Assembly (NCBI GenBank): GCA_029881035.1
Contig: JAOUNI010000005.1
Coordinates: 6,724-70,723 of the forward strand
DNA: 64,000 nucleotides
Origin: Gammaproteobacteria bacterium
GTDB taxonomy: Bacteria > Pseudomonadota > Gammaproteobacteria > SZUA-229
Direction: 5' to 3'
Under the pieces are notes generated by a model. The model searched no databases. It was not told the DNA's origin and saw nothing but the letters and a program-made list of their open reading frames with translations. Positions 61,441 through 64,000 of this stretch are shown here, one piece after another; the first letter of the stretch is position 1, and every line of letters begins with the position of its first letter. The position numbers and the translations under genes were made by a program.

Positions 61441-62827
61441 TATCAAGCTCTTTTATTTTTCGTGTTAAAGTATTCCTGCCCCAGCCTAGTAATATAGCTG
61501 CTTCCTGTTTTCTTCCGCGGGTTTGTTTTAGTGCGGTCTCAATCAACAGACGTTCAACATCTGGAATGATTTCGCTGGCTATCTGATCTTTGCCAGACTG
61601 CATAGCATTTTCAGCATAAGCTATCATGCCCTGTTGCCAGCCATTGTTAGTTAATGATATTTGTTTATCTGATTGCAGTTCATCGGGTAGATCAGAAAGA
61701 TGAATTGTTTTTCCAGATGTCATCACAGCTAACCAGTGGCAGGTATTTTCCAGTTGACGAACATTTCCAGTCCAGTCAAGAGTGGATAAATATTTTTCGA
61801 CTTCGGGTAGCAATTGTTTTGACTCAATATCAAGTTCCCTGGTGGCTCTATCTAAAAATAAGTTGAGTAATGCGGGAATATCTTCGCGGCGCTCGCGTAA
61901 AGCAGGTAGATGTATGCGAATAACATTAAGACGGTGATAAAGGTCTTCTCGAAATAAGCCTTCTTTAACACGTTGTTCAAGGTTTTGATGAGTCGCTGCG
62001 ATAATGCGCACATTAACTTTTATTGGCGTATGACCGCCAACACGATAAAACATGCCATCAGCAAGTACGCGCAATAAACGCGTTTGCAATTCGGGGGGCA
62101 TATCACCAATTTCATCGAGAAATAAAGTGCCACCATCGGCCTGTTCAAAACGTCCTTTACGTTGCGCTTGTGCGCCGGTAAAAGCGCCGCGTTCATGGCC
62201 AAAAAGTTCTGATTCAAGTAAGTCTTTTGGGATAGCAGCAGTGTTTAATGCAATAAAAGTACGTTCTGATCTCGGGCTATGTTTATGTAGTGAAAGTGCA
62301 ACTAGTTCTTTACCTGTACCAGATTCACCGGTGATTAATACATTGACGTTGGATTTTGATAGCCGTCCTATGGCACGAAATACTTCCTGCATAGCTGGTG
62401 CTTCACCGATAATTTCAGGTAGATTTTTTGGGGCCGGAATTTCGTTGTGAGTTTCATGACGACGAGCGCAGGCACGTTGTGCTAGTGAAATGGCGTCGTC
62501 AATATCAAAAGGCTTGGGCAGGTATTCAAATGCACCACCTTTAAAAGCTGAGACAGCGCTGTCCAGATCAGAATGTGCGGTCATAATGATGACCGGTATT
62601 TCCGGGTAAGATTCTGACAGGGCTGAGAGCAGCGTCAGGCCATCCATGCCCGGCATGCGTACATCAGTGATGATGATATCGGGTTCAGAGTGTTTAAGTT
62701 GATCAAGAATGCCATCGGCTTTATTAAAACTGGTGACTTCCATGCCTGACTGCTCAAGTGCCTTTTGAAGTACCCAGCGAATTGAGTCATCGTCGTCAAT
62801 AATCCAAACTTTTTGTGTATCAGTCAT
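61433..62827 (-). CDS. glnG: Nitrogen regulation response regulator NtrC
   Basis: Start set at MTDTQKVWIIDDDDSIRWVL (ATGA overlap with glnL). GESGTGKE, GAFTGA and a C-terminal Fis-type HTH. Confidence 0.92.
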   Translation of the reverse strand: MTDTQKVWIIDDDDSIRWVLQKALEQSGMEVTSFNKADGILDQLKHSEPDIIITDVRMPGMDGLTLLSALSESYPEIPVIIMTAHSDLDSAVSAFKGGAFEYLPKPFDIDDAISLAQRACARRHETHNEIPAPKNLPEIIGEAPAMQEVFRAIGRLSKSNVNVLITGESGTGKELVALSLHKHSPRSERTFIALNTAAIPKDLLESELFGHERGAFTGAQAQRKGRFEQADGGTLFLDEIGDMPPELQTRLLRVLADGMFYRVGGHTPIKVNVRIIAATHQNLEQRVKEGLFREDLYHRLNVIRIHLPALRERREDIPALLNLFLDRATRELDIESKQLLPEVEKYLSTLDWTGNVRQLENTCHWLAVMTSGKTIHLSDLPDELQSDKQISLTNNGWQQGMIAYAENAMQSGKDQIASEIIPDVERLLIETALKQTRGRKQEAAILLGWGRNTLTRKIKELDIN

Positions 62828-63900
62828 AGTGTTTGCTCGAAGCATGTATAAAGAGGCAATAACAAAGTGAAAACGGTGTGACCCGGTGTACTGGTAAATT
62901 CAATTAGGCCGTTGTGTTGATTAATCAGTGTTTGTGCAATGGATAAACCGAGGCCAGTGCCTTCGGCGTGACCGGTGACCATTGGCAGGAAAAGTTTTTC
63001 TTTCAGGTCTTCGGGGATGCCGGGTCCGTTATCGATGACATCAATTTTTGCAACTAGAGGATAAAATTTTTCACCAATGGTGTAATTTCTTAATGGCCGT
63101 GTTCGAAAAGTAATCTGGCCATCGTCTGATACCTCTTTGATGGCATTGCGTGTAATGTTGAGAATCGCCTGAATGATCATCGATTCATCGCCATAAATAT
63201 CAGGTAAGCTGGGATCATAGTCAGCAAGAAAATTGACATTACTGCTTTCAACGCGAACCAGGCTGCGTACGTGTTCCAGTATTTTATGAATGTTAAGTTG
63301 GCTCTTATTGGGGATATCTCTCGGTCCAAGCATTCTGTCGACCAGTTTTTTTAATCTATCTGCTTCGCGAATAATGACATGGGTGAATTCACGGTCCTGG
63401 TCATTATTAAATTGCCGATCTAATAACTGAGCTGCTCCACGGATGCCGCCTAGAGGATTTTTGATTTCATGGGCAAGCCCCCTTAACAGACTGCGACTAG
63501 CCTCACTTTGTTTAAGCAGGTGTTTTTCCTGTTCAATTTTTCGATGACGGCCACGACTAACGAATTCGAGTAGAAGGCACTGGTCACTATTACCAAATTC
63601 AATAGGTGAGGCCATATAATCTACGGCCAGCGATTGGCCGGTACGTACAGCAAGATCTTCTTCATACGCAGAAAAGGGATGTTGTGTTTTCAATGAGCTG
63701 GTGATACGAGAAAAAAATCCAGCCTCATCAATAATCAGTTCCTGTAAGGGACGCAGTTTTGATCGGGCACGACTTATCTGGAACATCATTTCTGCAGATG
63801 GATTCATGTACTCAATACATAACTGTTGATTGATAACAATCACAGCTGAATGCATGTTTTCAAGGATTGTCTGGACAGATTGTTGGGTAGGTTGGGTCAT
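62824..63900 (-). CDS. glnL: Nitrogen regulation sensor kinase NtrB
   Basis: N-terminal PAS, H-box ..LAHEIKNPLGGIRGAAQLL.., and an HATPase domain. Confidence 0.92.
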   Translation of the reverse strand: MTQPTQQSVQTILENMHSAVIVINQQLCIEYMNPSAEMMFQISRARSKLRPLQELIIDEAGFFSRITSSLKTQHPFSAYEEDLAVRTGQSLAVDYMASPIEFGNSDQCLLLEFVSRGRHRKIEQEKHLLKQSEASRSLLRGLAHEIKNPLGGIRGAAQLLDRQFNNDQDREFTHVIIREADRLKKLVDRMLGPRDIPNKSQLNIHKILEHVRSLVRVESSNVNFLADYDPSLPDIYGDESMIIQAILNITRNAIKEVSDDGQITFRTRPLRNYTIGEKFYPLVAKIDVIDNGPGIPEDLKEKLFLPMVTGHAEGTGLGLSIAQTLINQHNGLIEFTSTPGHTVFTLLLPLYTCFEQTL

Positions 63901-64000
63901 TGCCTATTTCTACTGCAAGTATTGAACCAAAAATGACGAACAGCAAAAAAATATTTAAAATAATATAAAGCCTTAATTATCAATATGTTGGGGTAAATGT

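Overview
This 64-kb window is a chromosomal segment of a gammaproteobacterium. The evidence is conserved synteny: mnmG-rsmG-parA-parB-atpIBEFHAGDC-glmU, envC-ctpA-yibQ facing yibN-secB-gpsA, and glnL-glnG at the right end. I support about 62 protein-coding genes. I recognised no rRNA, tRNA, CRISPR array, transposase or integrase. All family calls come from motif and architecture recognition by eye; no searches were run.

Left part (1-16.5 kb): yceH, an ABC-2 exporter, and an AT-rich islet. The islet encodes a lipoprotein, an outer-membrane barrel and a secreted TPR+ankyrin protein. It is followed by arsR-arsC-acr3, purU, and a three-subunit cytoplasm-facing molybdopterin oxidoreductase that fits SoeABC sulfite:quinone oxidoreductase.

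Middle (16.8-43 kb): housekeeping genes, plus an orphan pilU, a 1153-aa protein of uncertain function (tentatively PPi-type PEPCK-like), a TusE/DsrC-family protein, and an ArsR-family regulator paired with a rhodanese. The regulator carries the two-cysteine signature of persulfide sensors.

Right part (43.1-61.4 kb): the most unusual region, an 18-kb type IV filament locus of non-textbook composition.
- It mixes T2SS-like parts (ExeA/GspB-like, GspK-like) with MSHA-like parts (lipoprotein secretin, MshEN-type ATPase).
- It has only three pilin-like genes and three motif-less assembly proteins.
- A PrsR/PrsK-like sigma54 two-component pair brackets the machinery genes.
- One prepilin sits in a sigma54-promoter/terminator cassette inserted between the parts of an ABC transporter.

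Several small repeats, palindromes and regulatory sites are also listed.
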